This document shows positions 19,844-29,530 of a stretch of 64,000 bases of DNA, one piece after another; position 1 is the stretch's first letter; each line of letters starts with the position of its first letter. Where the stretch lies: positions 448,001-512,000 of the forward strand of contig OY820591.1 in the NCBI GenBank assembly GCA_963555985.3. The letters run 5' to 3'. Below the pieces are notes generated by a model. That model was not told the DNA's origin. It did no database searches and saw nothing but the letters and a program-made list of their open reading frames with translations. The translations under genes and the position numbers were made by a program. Source of the DNA: Dehalococcoidia bacterium. Its GTDB lineage: Bacteria > Chloroflexota > Dehalococcoidia > Bin125.

Positions 19844-22651
19844 TTTCACAAAGGACACAGGGGCGGTCCAGCGCGTGACGGTCTTGGTGCCCTGGTTCCT
19901 CTGCCAGGCGAACTCGACCCAGCGCTTGTCGCCTCCGGACTCCGGCGGGTTCGTCCAGTAAATCGGGAAGGTTCGAGGCGTGTTGTAGGCGGTGTTCACG
20001 GAACAGGCAGTGTCCGTGGCCGCTTCCCATGAGTCTCCGTCCCAGCGTTTCGCCGTGTCGTTCTCGTACTTGCAACTCCAGTCGATGGTGAACTTGAACT
20101 GCTTCTCGCCGTCCTTCGTGACGGCGACGCTTTCGTTCTCGGCGAAGTCGTCCGAGTAGTCGTACACGACGATCGCCCATTCTTCCGCGTGGGCATCCGG
20201 GTCATTGGAGTCGAACGTGGGAGTCGGCTGCTGAGCCGGGAATCCGCCTGGGTACGTGTAGCGATAGGTTTCGACGAACGTGTGGGTTTTGCTGTCGATC
20301 TTCGGAGTTAAGCGAAGCGCACGATCGAACGGTAGATTCGGAAGATTTGGAGTACCACCAACCGGGTCCTCGGCGATGGCGGTCTGCCCGCTGGCGTTCT
20401 GGATGGTCGGGTGGCTGTTGTTTCCCGTCTTGAGGTGAATGCAGTTTCCGTGACCGAGGGCGTTGCCGCCGGTGGTTTGCAGGGGCCCGCGGAAGGTGAG
20501 CGTGCTGGTGTCTGAGTCGGAGTCGTAGGTCGTGGATACGTAGTCGGCCTTGTAGCCGTCGTGCGCCGCGCTTCTCGGGTCCGGGCAGTTCACGCCCATG
20601 GGGATATAGGGCTTGTTGGCGCCTGAGTTGTCGTCGACCGTGACCTCCTGGGTGAAGGTGACCTCGTAGACGCGCTTCTGACCGTCGGCGGCGGCGTTGT
20701 CGACCCGGGAGACGAATCTGGTCAGCACGGGAACGAGGGTCTGCGAATGTACGGCCGACCAGCCGCCCCAGTCGTCGTTTCCGTCGCTGTCGTGGTCGTT
20801 CGCGCTCCTGACCGCGACAGCGTAGGTGCTGCCGGCGGTCAAGCCGGGGATTGTGTGGCGCCTCTGCTCGCCGCCTTCGATGAGCGGATCGGGAACCTGG
20901 GCGTCTGTCAGCTCGGTGATCGTCCAACTGCTATCCGGCGCCGTTGTGGGACAGGCGCCGCTGCAGAGCTTGTAGGCGACTTGGTGCTTGGTCGGTGCGT
21001 CGGCGTCGTTTTGCCATTTGACAAGCGCCCACGTGACGCGAAGCTGATCGGACTCGGGGCCGGGCAGCAGGAGTAATGTGGACGGTGCGCCGGGTACCGG
21101 GGCTTTCGGCGCGGCGCCGGAGCTGGAGATCTTCCAGGGGCCGTACTTGCTGCTCTTGCCGGCTCGGACCCGGAACCAGTAGGTCTTGTCGTTGGTCAGG
21201 CCGGTGACTCGCTCCTCGCACTTCAGACGCGGGTTCCCGGTGCAGCTGCTGGTGAAGGTGTCGGTTGAGGTCCCCCAATCCATCCAGCTTTGGGAGTTGC
21301 CGTCCGGGTTGGTGAAGGTGTTCGTGTTGGGCGGGTTGTTGTAGCACGGCTCGCTGGTGTCTGGGTCTGTGCCGAAGCAGTAGTCCACGTACTGGATGTC
21401 GTAGTCGTCCCACTTGTCGTCGGGATCGGCGTCGACCTCCCATTCCACATCGATCTTGCCCGAGCCGGCGTTGAATACGTGGACGGTGGGCACGGGCTCA
21501 AGCGTTGCAGTCTGCGTGGCCGAAAACGCGCTCCACTCCGTGTTGACGGCGGTCTTGACGGCGACCGAATAGGTGGCGAAATCATCAAGGCCGGTCAGCG
21601 TGTATTCCCTGACCAAGGGATTCGTCGGCGTCAAGTCGCTGCTCTCGTTGACATTTGTGGACTGCCAGCCATTCGCGGGGCAGGCGCCGCTCGCCAACTT
21701 GCAGTAGGCGATCTGGTATTTGGTCGGCGACGAACCGCCGGGTACCCATTCCACCTTGAGCTCGCCAGACTTACCGGAGTATGTCAACCAGAGCTGGGAC
21801 GGCGCGGGCACGAGGAGCTTACTGGAAGCACCGGACCACACTCCCCAGTCGTTGGCAGTGCCATAGTTGGGTCTGACGCGGATCTGATAGTAGGAGAAGT
21901 CGACCAGGCCGGTCAGCGTGTGCTGCGTGGTTGTGGAAGTTGCATATTGCGGATTCTTGTAGCCGCAGTTCCCCGTACAGTCCCATTTTGCGTATTCGAC
22001 CTGGTAGGAAGCCACCGTTTTTCCGGTCGGCGTTGAGGTGGGAGCCGTCCATGAGACCTGAAGCGAGCCGGATGCGCCGGGCGCGGCCAGGGTCACGCCG
22101 GTCGGGGCGTAGGTAGGAGCGAGCGATATGTATTTGAAATCCGACGAGTCGCCATAGCCGGACGAGTTCTTGGTTTTGACGCGGATCCCGTACCAGTTGT
22201 AGTCGGTCAGGCCGGTCAGAGTGTATGACCTGTTGTCACCGTTCGACGAAGTGTCCGCTTCCGTGATCTCTACGTCTGGCATCGAGGCCCACGAGCCATT
22301 GCTCCAGTGCCAACGCCGAATTGTGTAATGGGTCGGGTTGTCGGTCGCTGCGATTGTCCAGGTCACCTTCAACTGACCGGAGGGTCCCGGCGAGGCCAGG
22401 GTCAGCCCGGTCGGCTTGCCCGGTACTGCTTGAGTCTGGGCGTTCTGGAGAAACGCGAACCCTCCGACCGATTCGCCGGGCCCTTGCTCGGGCAGACCGG
22501 AGGGGGCAGATATCTGCTGCGGTGGAGGACTCTGCGCCGACGCCAACGCCGTAGCCAACGCGAAGAGCGCGCCCACCAGCACCGCGAGGGCCGCCGCGCG
22601 GGCGGCCCTGCGAGATATCGGATCGTCGTCCAATCTTGCCGCAGCGTTCAT
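18746..22651 (-). CDS. Large secreted fibronectin type III repeat protein (about 5 FN3 domains)
   Basis: Signal peptide ending ALASA. Repeats of P..PTG.TL..L.V.W....Y....LTGL...Y...V. followed by unknown domains. Confidence 0.85.
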   Translation of the reverse strand: MNAAARLDDDPISRRAARAAALAVLVGALFALATALASAQSPPPQQISAPSGLPEQGPGESVGGFAFLQNAQTQAVPGKPTGLTLASPGPSGQLKVTWTIAATDNPTHYTIRRWHWSNGSWASMPDVEITEADTSSNGDNRSYTLTGLTDYNWYGIRVKTKNSSGYGDSSDFKYISLAPTYAPTGVTLAAPGASGSLQVSWTAPTSTPTGKTVASYQVEYAKWDCTGNCGYKNPQYATSTTTQHTLTGLVDFSYYQIRVRPNYGTANDWGVWSGASSKLLVPAPSQLWLTYSGKSGELKVEWVPGGSSPTKYQIAYCKLASGACPANGWQSTNVNESSDLTPTNPLVREYTLTGLDDFATYSVAVKTAVNTEWSAFSATQTATLEPVPTVHVFNAGSGKIDVEWEVDADPDDKWDDYDIQYVDYCFGTDPDTSEPCYNNPPNTNTFTNPDGNSQSWMDWGTSTDTFTSSCTGNPRLKCEERVTGLTNDKTYWFRVRAGKSSKYGPWKISSSGAAPKAPVPGAPSTLLLLPGPESDQLRVTWALVKWQNDADAPTKHQVAYKLCSGACPTTAPDSSWTITELTDAQVPDPLIEGGEQRRHTIPGLTAGSTYAVAVRSANDHDSDGNDDWGGWSAVHSQTLVPVLTRFVSRVDNAAADGQKRVYEVTFTQEVTVDDNSGANKPYIPMGVNCPDPRSAAHDGYKADYVSTTYDSDSDTSTLTFRGPLQTTGGNALGHGNCIHLKTGNNSHPTIQNASGQTAIAEDPVGGTPNLPNLPFDRALRLTPKIDSKTHTFVETYRYTYPGGFPAQQPTPTFDSNDPDAHAEEWAIVVYDYSDDFAENESVAVTKDGEKQFKFTIDWSCKYENDTAKRWDGDSWEAATDTACSVNTAYNTPRTFPIYWTNPPESGGDKRWVEFAWQRNQGTKTVTRWTAPVSFVKVTYSFLRSARLLAQDRAELEASVCRSDVAPVSPDSPGPITLKIPTTERTCVIRCERDPGEGHLPCGSVTFNANIFNVFNHLDSTIKDRMVGVYAVPSQTWGYAHRETSYQPWYNGRTAFTISNHRYITPWLSPVYDFQLYAIYERKDLEEWTDAPNRSRRIAGALSEPINVCLPAPQGEGIPLIARYNGKYNPDDDGNYAADADLMSPFDADSDIYGDSSLYLPYWELMRGQPTASPQLICAQISDLDYGPGSLYTTSLAGEVAAAISPVDEQGNATWMASVPIKASEFLAALPNYSGVIYYDQGVAQSYGVSASTIGLDDGVLISAVGDFEIPPGAAINLVPAATDFTIADADSSPETPPMPGG

Positions 22652-22720
22652 GTCTCAGGCCTCTCTAGCCAGCCGGTGTTGCCGGACACGCCGTTGAATT
22701 CAGGCTGGAAGCTTGAGACG

Positions 22721-23812
22721 CTATCCACCCGGCATGGGTGGTGTCTCCGGGGATGAGTCAGTGCCGGCGATCGTGAAGTCGGGAGGCGTGGAGATCAGGT
22801 TGAGTGTCGCCCCGGGCGGGATCTCGAAGTCGCCGACCTCTGAGATCAGGATGCTGTCACCAATGGTGCTCGACAAGACGCCGTAGCTCTGCGCCGCGCC
22901 CGCGTTGTAGTAGATGACGCCGCCGTAGTTCGGCAGCGCCGCGAGGAACTCGGAGGCCTTGATCGGCACGGAGCCCATCCAGGTGGCGTCGCCCTGCTCG
23001 TCCACGGGCGAGATCGCCGCCGCCACTTCGCCGGCCAGCGAGGTGGTGTAGAGCGAGCCGGGGCCGAAGTCGAAATCGGAGACCTGGGCGCAGATCAACT
23101 GCGAACTGGCGGTTGGCTGACCGCGCATCAGCTCCCAGTAGGGCACGTAGAGCGAGGAATCGCCGTAGATGTCGCTGTCCGCATCGAAGGGCGACATCAG
23201 GTCGGCGTCGGCCGCGTAGTTGCCGTCGTCGTCGGGGTTGTACTTGCCGTTGTAGCGCGCGATCAAGGGGATGCCTTCGCCCTGGGGAGAGGGCAAACAG
23301 ACATTGACCGCCTGGCTCAACTGGCCGCTGATCCGGCGGCTGCGGTTAGGAGCGTCCGGCCACTCCTCGGCGTCTTTGCGCTCGTAGACGGCGTAGAGCG
23401 AGAGGCCGTAGACGGGGCTGAGCCAGGGCGTGGTGTAGCGGTGGTTGCCAATCGTGAAGGCGGTGCGGCCGTTGTACCAAGGCTGGTAGGAAGTCTCGCG
23501 GTGTGCGTAGCCCCAGGTCTGATTCGGCACTGCGTAGACGCCGACTGCTCGATCCTTGATCGTCGAATCGAGGTGATTGAAGACGTTGAAGATGTTGGCG
23601 TTGAAGGTGATGTTGCCGCAGGGCAGATGGCCTTCGCCCGCGTCGCGTTCGCAGCGGATCACGCAGGTGCGTTCGGTGGTGGGAATCTTCAGCGTGACCG
23701 GGCCGGGCGAATCGGGGTCGACCGGCGCCACGTCGCTGCGGCAGACCGACGCCTCCAGCTCGGCCCGGTCCTGGGCCAGCAGCCGGGCCGACCTGAGGAA
23801 TGAGTAGGTCAC
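22721..23812 (-). repeat. About 1.1-kb duplicated 3' module, copy 2
   Basis: Aligns by eye with 18746-19843, with few substitutions and one short indel. Confidence 0.9.
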
Positions 23813-26230
23813 CCTCAGATCGTGGTGCGGCGGGACCGCGCTCTCGGCGGTGCCGCCGATGTAGAAATCGACCCAGCGCGTATCGCCTCCGGACTCGGGC
23901 GGGTTCGTCCACTTGATCGTGAAGCTTTTGCCGGTGTTGAAGGCGGTGGCGGCGGAACAGGTGTCGCTCGAATCGGTGACCGCGACCCAGGACGTTCCGT
24001 TCCAGCGTTTCGCCGTATCGTTCTCGTACTTGCAGTTCCAGTCGACCGTGAACGTGTTGTTGCTCACCGAGACGCTTTCGTTGGCTGCGAAGTCGTCCGA
24101 CCAGTCGTGTACGGTGATCTCGAACTCCTGCTCCATCTTGCTCGTGGGAATGTTGTCCAGTTGGGCGAAGCCGGGGGTCGAGTGCTGATAGGTCTCGACG
24201 TAGGTGCGGCGTTCGTGCCTAGCCACCGTCGAGAGTTCGAGCGCGCGGTCGGAGGCGACGTATTTCGGAGTCCCCGAGGCGACGCTGGTCATTAGACCCC
24301 TGTGGCTGAGAGCGGTCTGCCCGAAGCTGTTCTGGATGGTCGGGAGCGTGTTCGTGCCCGTCTTGAGGTGGATGCAGCCCATGTCACCGAGGGCCTTGTC
24401 GCCGTTCATCGAAGGCCCCTTGAAGGTGAGCGTGCGCGTGTTCGAGCCGGAGACGTAGGTCGCCTTGAAGCCGCTGTACACGTCGGTTCTCGGGTCCGGG
24501 CAGAGCACGCCGTCGCCCGCTTCGCGCAAGGGGATGTAGGGCTTCTTGGTGTCGTCCGAGCCGTAGTCGACCGTCACCGCCTGACTGAACGTGACCTTGT
24601 AGACGAGCTTCTGGTTCGCGGCAGCTCCGCTGTCGATCTCGGTCGTGACCGATTCGAGCACGGGAACGAGGGTCTGCGAGGCTATCGGCGACCATGTGGC
24701 GCCCCAGCCGTTTGCATTCTTGGCCAAGACCGCGACCGCATAGGTACTGCCGTCGGTCAGGGCGGTCAGCGTGTATCCCATGTTTGTGTTCGAGCCATCG
24801 ATCGAGACCAGCGTTTTTGTGAGCTCATTGGTGACCACCCAATCGAGCCCGACAAGCTTGGTATCGTTGCCGTCAGGCACCGCCGCCGGACAACTGCCGC
24901 TGCAGGTCTTGTAGACGATTTTGTAGTTGGTCAGACTCTGGTTCTCCGACACGGACCATGAGACTCGAAGCTCGCCGGGCTCGGGACCGGGCAGCAATTC
25001 AGGCTTGGACAGCTGGTCTGGCAGTCGCTGCGGCTTCGCCCCGCTGCCGGAGACTTGCCAGTTGCTGTAGTAGCTGCCCCATTTCGCTCTGACCCGCACC
25101 CAGTAGTTGGTGTCATTGGTGAGGCCGGTGATCGTCGCCTCGCCACTCGCCTTCCCGGCGATGGTCTTCCGGTTGCCCCAACTGGCGTTGCTTGGCGGGG
25201 GATTCACGCATGTCTCGCCGTTGCGTTCGCCATTGCAATAGGCCACGCGCTCAATTTCCAATTTTTCCGGTGCAGGATCGGCGTTGGGATAGGGCGGGAG
25301 GTAGCTCCAGCTCACCTCGAGCGTGCCGGAGCCGGCGTTTCCCACACCCACTGAGTTGGGCTTAGGCGTGACGGCCCGCGATTGCTCACTCGACCAACTG
25401 CCCCAGCCGGTTGAGTTCTTGGCCCGGACTTTGATCTTGTAGGTGACGCCGTTGCTCAGCTTGCTTAGTGTGGTGTTCGTGGCCGAGATGTTCTGCACAC
25501 GTGTCTCGCCCTTGTCGCCGCAGTCCCAGCCGTTATTCACGTACTCACAGCCGTAGTACACGTGCCTGATTTCGTACCCCGTGATCGTACCGCTGGGCGC
25601 CGTCCACTTGACCTGAAGCTTGCCGAGCTCGTCGTGGGCTTCGAGCGTCACGCCGGTCGGCGCACCTGGGCACGCTGCCGTGGGCTGGAGCAACGCCCCT
25701 GCGAAGTCCGACCAGGGGCCGTCGCCGGTTGTGTTCGTGGTCTTGACGAAGATCCCGTAGCTGGCGCAGTCAGTCAGGTCGCTCAGGGTGACCGACCTCT
25801 TTCGACCGTCCTTCGTCGTATCACTTTCCGCGATCACTCTGCCGTAGTCCTCGACGCCCCACTTCCACTCCCATTGCTTGGTGGTCGCATCCTGGAACCA
25901 GCCGTTGCGCTGGATCTGGATTGTGTATTGGGTCGGGTTGTCGCTTGCGCCGATCGTCCAGGTCGCCTTGAGCTTGCCGGAGGCTCCGGGCGAGGTCAGG
26001 GTCACGCTGGTCGGCTTGGCCGGTACCGCCTGGGCTTGGCCGTTCTGGGCAGATGCAAATCCTCCAACCGATTCGCCGGGCGCTTGCGCCGGCTGAGGCG
26101 GCGGCCCGGGGTCAGCGGACGAGAAGGCCGTGGACAATGCGAAGAGCACGCCTGCTAGCACGAGCAGGGCGGTTGCGCGGGCAGCCCAGCGAATGATTGT
26201 GCGGCCGGCCAAACCTGTGGTTGCGTTCAT
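22721..26230 (-). CDS. Large secreted fibronectin type III repeat protein (about 4 FN3 domains), paralog
   Basis: Signal peptide, PGESVGGF motif shared with its neighbour, FN3 repeats and the same C-terminal module. Confidence 0.85.
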   Translation of the reverse strand: MNATTGLAGRTIIRWAARATALLVLAGVLFALSTAFSSADPGPPPQPAQAPGESVGGFASAQNGQAQAVPAKPTSVTLTSPGASGKLKATWTIGASDNPTQYTIQIQRNGWFQDATTKQWEWKWGVEDYGRVIAESDTTKDGRKRSVTLSDLTDCASYGIFVKTTNTTGDGPWSDFAGALLQPTAACPGAPTGVTLEAHDELGKLQVKWTAPSGTITGYEIRHVYYGCEYVNNGWDCGDKGETRVQNISATNTTLSKLSNGVTYKIKVRAKNSTGWGSWSSEQSRAVTPKPNSVGVGNAGSGTLEVSWSYLPPYPNADPAPEKLEIERVAYCNGERNGETCVNPPPSNASWGNRKTIAGKASGEATITGLTNDTNYWVRVRAKWGSYYSNWQVSGSGAKPQRLPDQLSKPELLPGPEPGELRVSWSVSENQSLTNYKIVYKTCSGSCPAAVPDGNDTKLVGLDWVVTNELTKTLVSIDGSNTNMGYTLTALTDGSTYAVAVLAKNANGWGATWSPIASQTLVPVLESVTTEIDSGAAANQKLVYKVTFSQAVTVDYGSDDTKKPYIPLREAGDGVLCPDPRTDVYSGFKATYVSGSNTRTLTFKGPSMNGDKALGDMGCIHLKTGTNTLPTIQNSFGQTALSHRGLMTSVASGTPKYVASDRALELSTVARHERRTYVETYQHSTPGFAQLDNIPTSKMEQEFEITVHDWSDDFAANESVSVSNNTFTVDWNCKYENDTAKRWNGTSWVAVTDSSDTCSAATAFNTGKSFTIKWTNPPESGGDTRWVDFYIGGTAESAVPPHHDLRVTYSFLRSARLLAQDRAELEASVCRSDVAPVDPDSPGPVTLKIPTTERTCVIRCERDAGEGHLPCGNITFNANIFNVFNHLDSTIKDRAVGVYAVPNQTWGYAHRETSYQPWYNGRTAFTIGNHRYTTPWLSPVYGLSLYAVYERKDAEEWPDAPNRSRRISGQLSQAVNVCLPSPQGEGIPLIARYNGKYNPDDDGNYAADADLMSPFDADSDIYGDSSLYVPYWELMRGQPTASSQLICAQVSDFDFGPGSLYTTSLAGEVAAAISPVDEQGDATWMGSVPIKASEFLAALPNYGGVIYYNAGAAQSYGVLSSTIGDSILISEVGDFEIPPGATLNLISTPPDFTIAGTDSSPETPPMPGG

Positions 26231-26292
26231 TGGTTTGGCCTTCTCTCGTTCTCTAGCTCTGCTCCGGTTCGCGCGGTTGGGACCTCTGGGCG

Positions 26293-27354
26293 CTAGCTCT
26301 GGGATACGGCTGAGGCCGACAAGGGGTCGTGGGCAACGGCGAAGTCGCTGGCGGGACTGCGCAGCAAGGTGAACTGCGTGCCCGGCTCGACCGCGAAGTC
26401 GATCAGGTCCACGACCGAGGCGCCGCCCAGGAGGCTGTAGCTTCCGTAGTGCCGGACCAGCGCGTACTCATGCACGTCATGCACCACCAGGGCGTCGTAG
26501 CCCGGATGCGCGGCGAGCAGCTGCGAAGCCATGATCGACACCGACGCCATCCAGACCGACTCCCGCTCCCCGAACCTCGGCGCGGTCGCCGCTACCCCGG
26601 TCGCCATGCCGTACTGCGTGAACTCGTTCCAGTACCAGGCTTGGGACGACTGGTTGTAGCGTAGTTTCGGCTGAAACCTCATACCTTCCGCAAGCTTGTA
26701 ACGACGGAAGGCGTTGACGCTTTCAAAGTTGATGATGTGCGGAAACTCATCGGTGTACTTCTGAACCGGTTTGGGGTCGGTTGGGTGCAGGTTGACGATA
26801 TCGGCGGCGAGCGCGCCGTCCTCATCCGTCGGCAGCAGGATGTAGTTCAAGCTTGGGTAGAGCTCGTTCTGGTCGAGCTCGGGTTCCAGCGCGACAAACC
26901 CGCTGAAGGTGAGCGTGTTGGTGCCGGAGCCGCTGTGGTAGGGCATCTTCGCGGCCGGCGGAGTCTCTTCGCCGTCCTCGAAAAGTTGCTCGCCCTGGCG
27001 GTACATGGGGATGAAGGGCAGCGCGCCCTCGGAGCTGATCTTCACCGGCTGGTCGAACTGCACCGAGATGTCGTACTGGAATTCACTGGGGTTGGTGGCG
27101 TCGGAGTTGATCGGAGTGCCCCAGCCCAGCTCCTGGTAGACCGCGACCGGAACGGGGGCGGTGGAGGAGTCGGAGGCCAGCGCGGTCGTCGCGCCGAGTG
27201 CCGTGAGCGCTGTGACAATCAGTGTGATCAGGGCTGTCACACGGGTAGTCTGTCGCGCGATCGGTGTGATATTCGGCCTGATTGCTGTGATCATGCGTGT
27301 GACACGCTTTCGCTGTGTCTGCTCTAGCTCGTGGGAGCTGCGGACACCAAGCAT
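26293..27354 (-). CDS. Secreted hypothetical protein sharing domains with the FN3 proteins
   Basis: GGAGG RBS before ATG 27354 (alternative start 27294). Hydrophobic signal ending ALA. Shares V.F.Q.V..P.IP..Y.SGSGT.TLTF.G and WMASV.I.AS..LAA.P.Y motifs with the neighbours. Confidence 0.7.
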   Translation of the reverse strand: MLGVRSSHELEQTQRKRVTRMITAIRPNITPIARQTTRVTALITLIVTALTALGATTALASDSSTAPVPVAVYQELGWGTPINSDATNPSEFQYDISVQFDQPVKISSEGALPFIPMYRQGEQLFEDGEETPPAAKMPYHSGSGTNTLTFSGFVALEPELDQNELYPSLNYILLPTDEDGALAADIVNLHPTDPKPVQKYTDEFPHIINFESVNAFRRYKLAEGMRFQPKLRYNQSSQAWYWNEFTQYGMATGVAATAPRFGERESVWMASVSIMASQLLAAHPGYDALVVHDVHEYALVRHYGSYSLLGGASVVDLIDFAVEPGTQFTLLRSPASDFAVAHDPLSASAVSQS

Positions 27355-28045
27355 GTCAACCTCCAGGCGCTAGTTATCGTGCGTGTGGCTGCGCGTAACA
27401 GTCCATGCGCGGGGCAGACTATGAGTGAGGCTCCGCCTTGTCTGCTAACTGGTTTACAGAGCGATTCTGAGTCAAGATGCATCGCTATCAATGACAATTG
27501 ATCGCGTCCGCGCCCTGGGGCGGCGGCGCGGGGGACTCTTGCGCCGCCTCAGCCGCCCAGAGGCCGGACGCGCCCTGAGCGAGCGCCGGGAGTCCGGCGG
27601 GGTGCGTGAGCCAGACCCCTCCCCGCTCCCCAGCGTACGCCTAGGCGAGCTTCTAGGGGGTTTCTGCCCTCTGTTCGGGCAGAGGCGGACTCCGCGCCGC
27701 GCCGGACGCCGCAGATCAGGTGCGGCGGACGGGGGGCGAGTTCGCGCCGAGGCGCGGATGTCCCGGCTCGATTGGGCGCTTGTCGGCGAGCCAAGTGTGT
27801 CTTGCTTTACAGAAGAAACCTCGAAATTTCGTCGTCGGCGCTCGTGTTCGCGCTCTCCGGCCGCTCCGGGCGGATCGCGCCCGGCGGCCCCACAGCGGCG
27901 ATCGGCGCTCTCTGAGGCCATGATCGCCGCCCGACGCAGTGTGATAGGAATCGCATGTTCAGTGGTGACGGCGTGTGATCGAGGGGTTGCGCTCTGTCAC
28001 GAGGTGATGTTTCTCGGTTGAGGCGTGTCGCAGCAGAGCTCTCCG

Positions 28046-29278
28046 TCAGCGGCGATTTGCGGTGAAGCCCGGACCTCTGCCCTTCTCCCAGACCTTCTTG
28101 CGGGCGACATCTTCGTCGAAGTCGATGCCCCAGCCCGGCTTGGTCGGCAGCTCGAGCTGGCCGTCGACGATCTTGAGCGGGCCGCCGCCGAGGTCGTCCT
28201 TCCAGGGCACGTCGTCAATGTCGATCTCCATGATCCGCACATTCGGAACAGTTGCGCAGAGGTGCAGCGCGTGCATCGTGGCCAGGTGCGAGTAGTAGTT
28301 GTGCGGCGCGCAGTTCAACTCATAGCTCTCGGCCAGCAAGGCCACATCACGCGATCGCGCAAAGCCCTGCCAGGGCACGTCGATCATCACGTTGTCCATC
28401 GAGCGCTGCTCGAAGTAGGGACGGTAGTCGCGGATCGTGTAGAGGTTCTCGCCCGAGGTGATCGGCACCGTGGTCTGTCGGCGCACATCCGCCAGCGCTT
28501 CGGGTTCGTACATATCGATCTCGACCCACATCATCTCCAAGTGTTCGAGCGACTGGCAGATCTGGCGCGCCACCAAGGGGGTGCAGTTGAAGTTGAGGTC
28601 GAGCGCGATCTGTACGTCCGGGCCCGCGCCCTCCTTAAGCGCGCCGATGTACTCGGGGATATGGCGCAAGAGCGACGGCGTCGCGTTGCGGTCGATATTG
28701 CCCACGCCGCCCCAGCCCGGTCCGTAGACGCCGGTCGGATCGCCGGGAAAGACGATGTTCGTCTTCAGCGCGTGGAATCCCTTGCCCCTGACCTCTTCGC
28801 CGAGCGCGGTCACGTCGTCCATCGTCCTCAGCGGCGGCGCGCCCACGACCCACTCCGAGCCGTTGTCCCAGAGAATCTGGTCGTAGCTTCGAGCTCGCGA
28901 AGAGCCGCAGTGCGACCAGTAGATCAGCTGCCGCTCGCGCGTCGGACCGCCGAAGAGCGAATAGACCGGCACACCCAGCGCTTTGCCCTTGATATCCCAC
29001 AGCGCCAGCTCGACGCCCGCAATCGCCTTCGCCGCGATCCCGCCCGGCGACTGCCGCGCCAGCCGGTACATGTCCCAGTAGCGAGCCTCCACCGCGAGCG
29101 GGTCGCGGCCGATCAGGATCGGCTCCATATCGGTGATCGCGCCCACGATCCCGTAGGGGTTGCGTCCGTCCGACATCTCGCCGTAGCCGGTGATGCCTTC
29201 GGAGGTGCGCACCGCCACGAACTGCCACGGTCGCCAGCCGGCATCGACGACGAAGGTCTCAATCTCGGTGATCTTCAT
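28046..29278 (-). CDS. Mandelate racemase family enolase (galactonate-dehydratase-like, KxN)
   Basis: MKITEIET, ELALWDIKGKALGVPVY, LKTN, LDLN, VEID, SGEN, APHN, PGWG. Confidence 0.9.
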   Translation of the reverse strand: MKITEIETFVVDAGWRPWQFVAVRTSEGITGYGEMSDGRNPYGIVGAITDMEPILIGRDPLAVEARYWDMYRLARQSPGGIAAKAIAGVELALWDIKGKALGVPVYSLFGGPTRERQLIYWSHCGSSRARSYDQILWDNGSEWVVGAPPLRTMDDVTALGEEVRGKGFHALKTNIVFPGDPTGVYGPGWGGVGNIDRNATPSLLRHIPEYIGALKEGAGPDVQIALDLNFNCTPLVARQICQSLEHLEMMWVEIDMYEPEALADVRRQTTVPITSGENLYTIRDYRPYFEQRSMDNVMIDVPWQGFARSRDVALLAESYELNCAPHNYYSHLATMHALHLCATVPNVRIMEIDIDDVPWKDDLGGGPLKIVDGQLELPTKPGWGIDFDEDVARKKVWEKGRGPGFTANRR

Positions 29279-29345
29279 CAGTTACTCCACTGTGTCCTTG
29301 GGTCAGCCGCAGGCTATCGCGCCGAGATTGATTCACGTTTGCCGA

Positions 29346-29486
29346 AGACCTTTGCAAGAGTCGCATACCTGCTGATCTCGTCATTCCAGCGAAAGCTGGA
29401 ATCTCGCCCGACCGGACAGGCGGCAACTCCGAACGAGATTCCAGGTCAAGCCTGGAATGACGGAAATGGCCGCTTTACCAAGGTCT
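29346..29486. mobile_element. MITE-like element with internal REP/dRS3-like palindromes
   Basis: Ends AGACCTTTGCAA and TTACCAAGGTCT form an inverted repeat (10/12 match). Internal palindromes GTCATTCCAGCGAAAGCTGGAATCTC and GAGATTCCAGGTCAAGCCTGGAATGAC. Confidence 0.65.
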
Positions 29487-29530
29487 CCTTGCCGAGGAAA
29501 TCAAGTCGCGGCAACCCGTTCATCCCGCAG

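Noticed and set aside
18746-23812. Diversity-generating retroelement TR/VR pair
   Set aside because: No reverse transcriptase is present, both copies are coding, and the differences are not adenine-specific.
27472-28021. ORFs 27472-27921 and 27491-28021 as genes
   Set aside because: Arg/Pro/Ser-rich, with no RBS, motif or codon bias.
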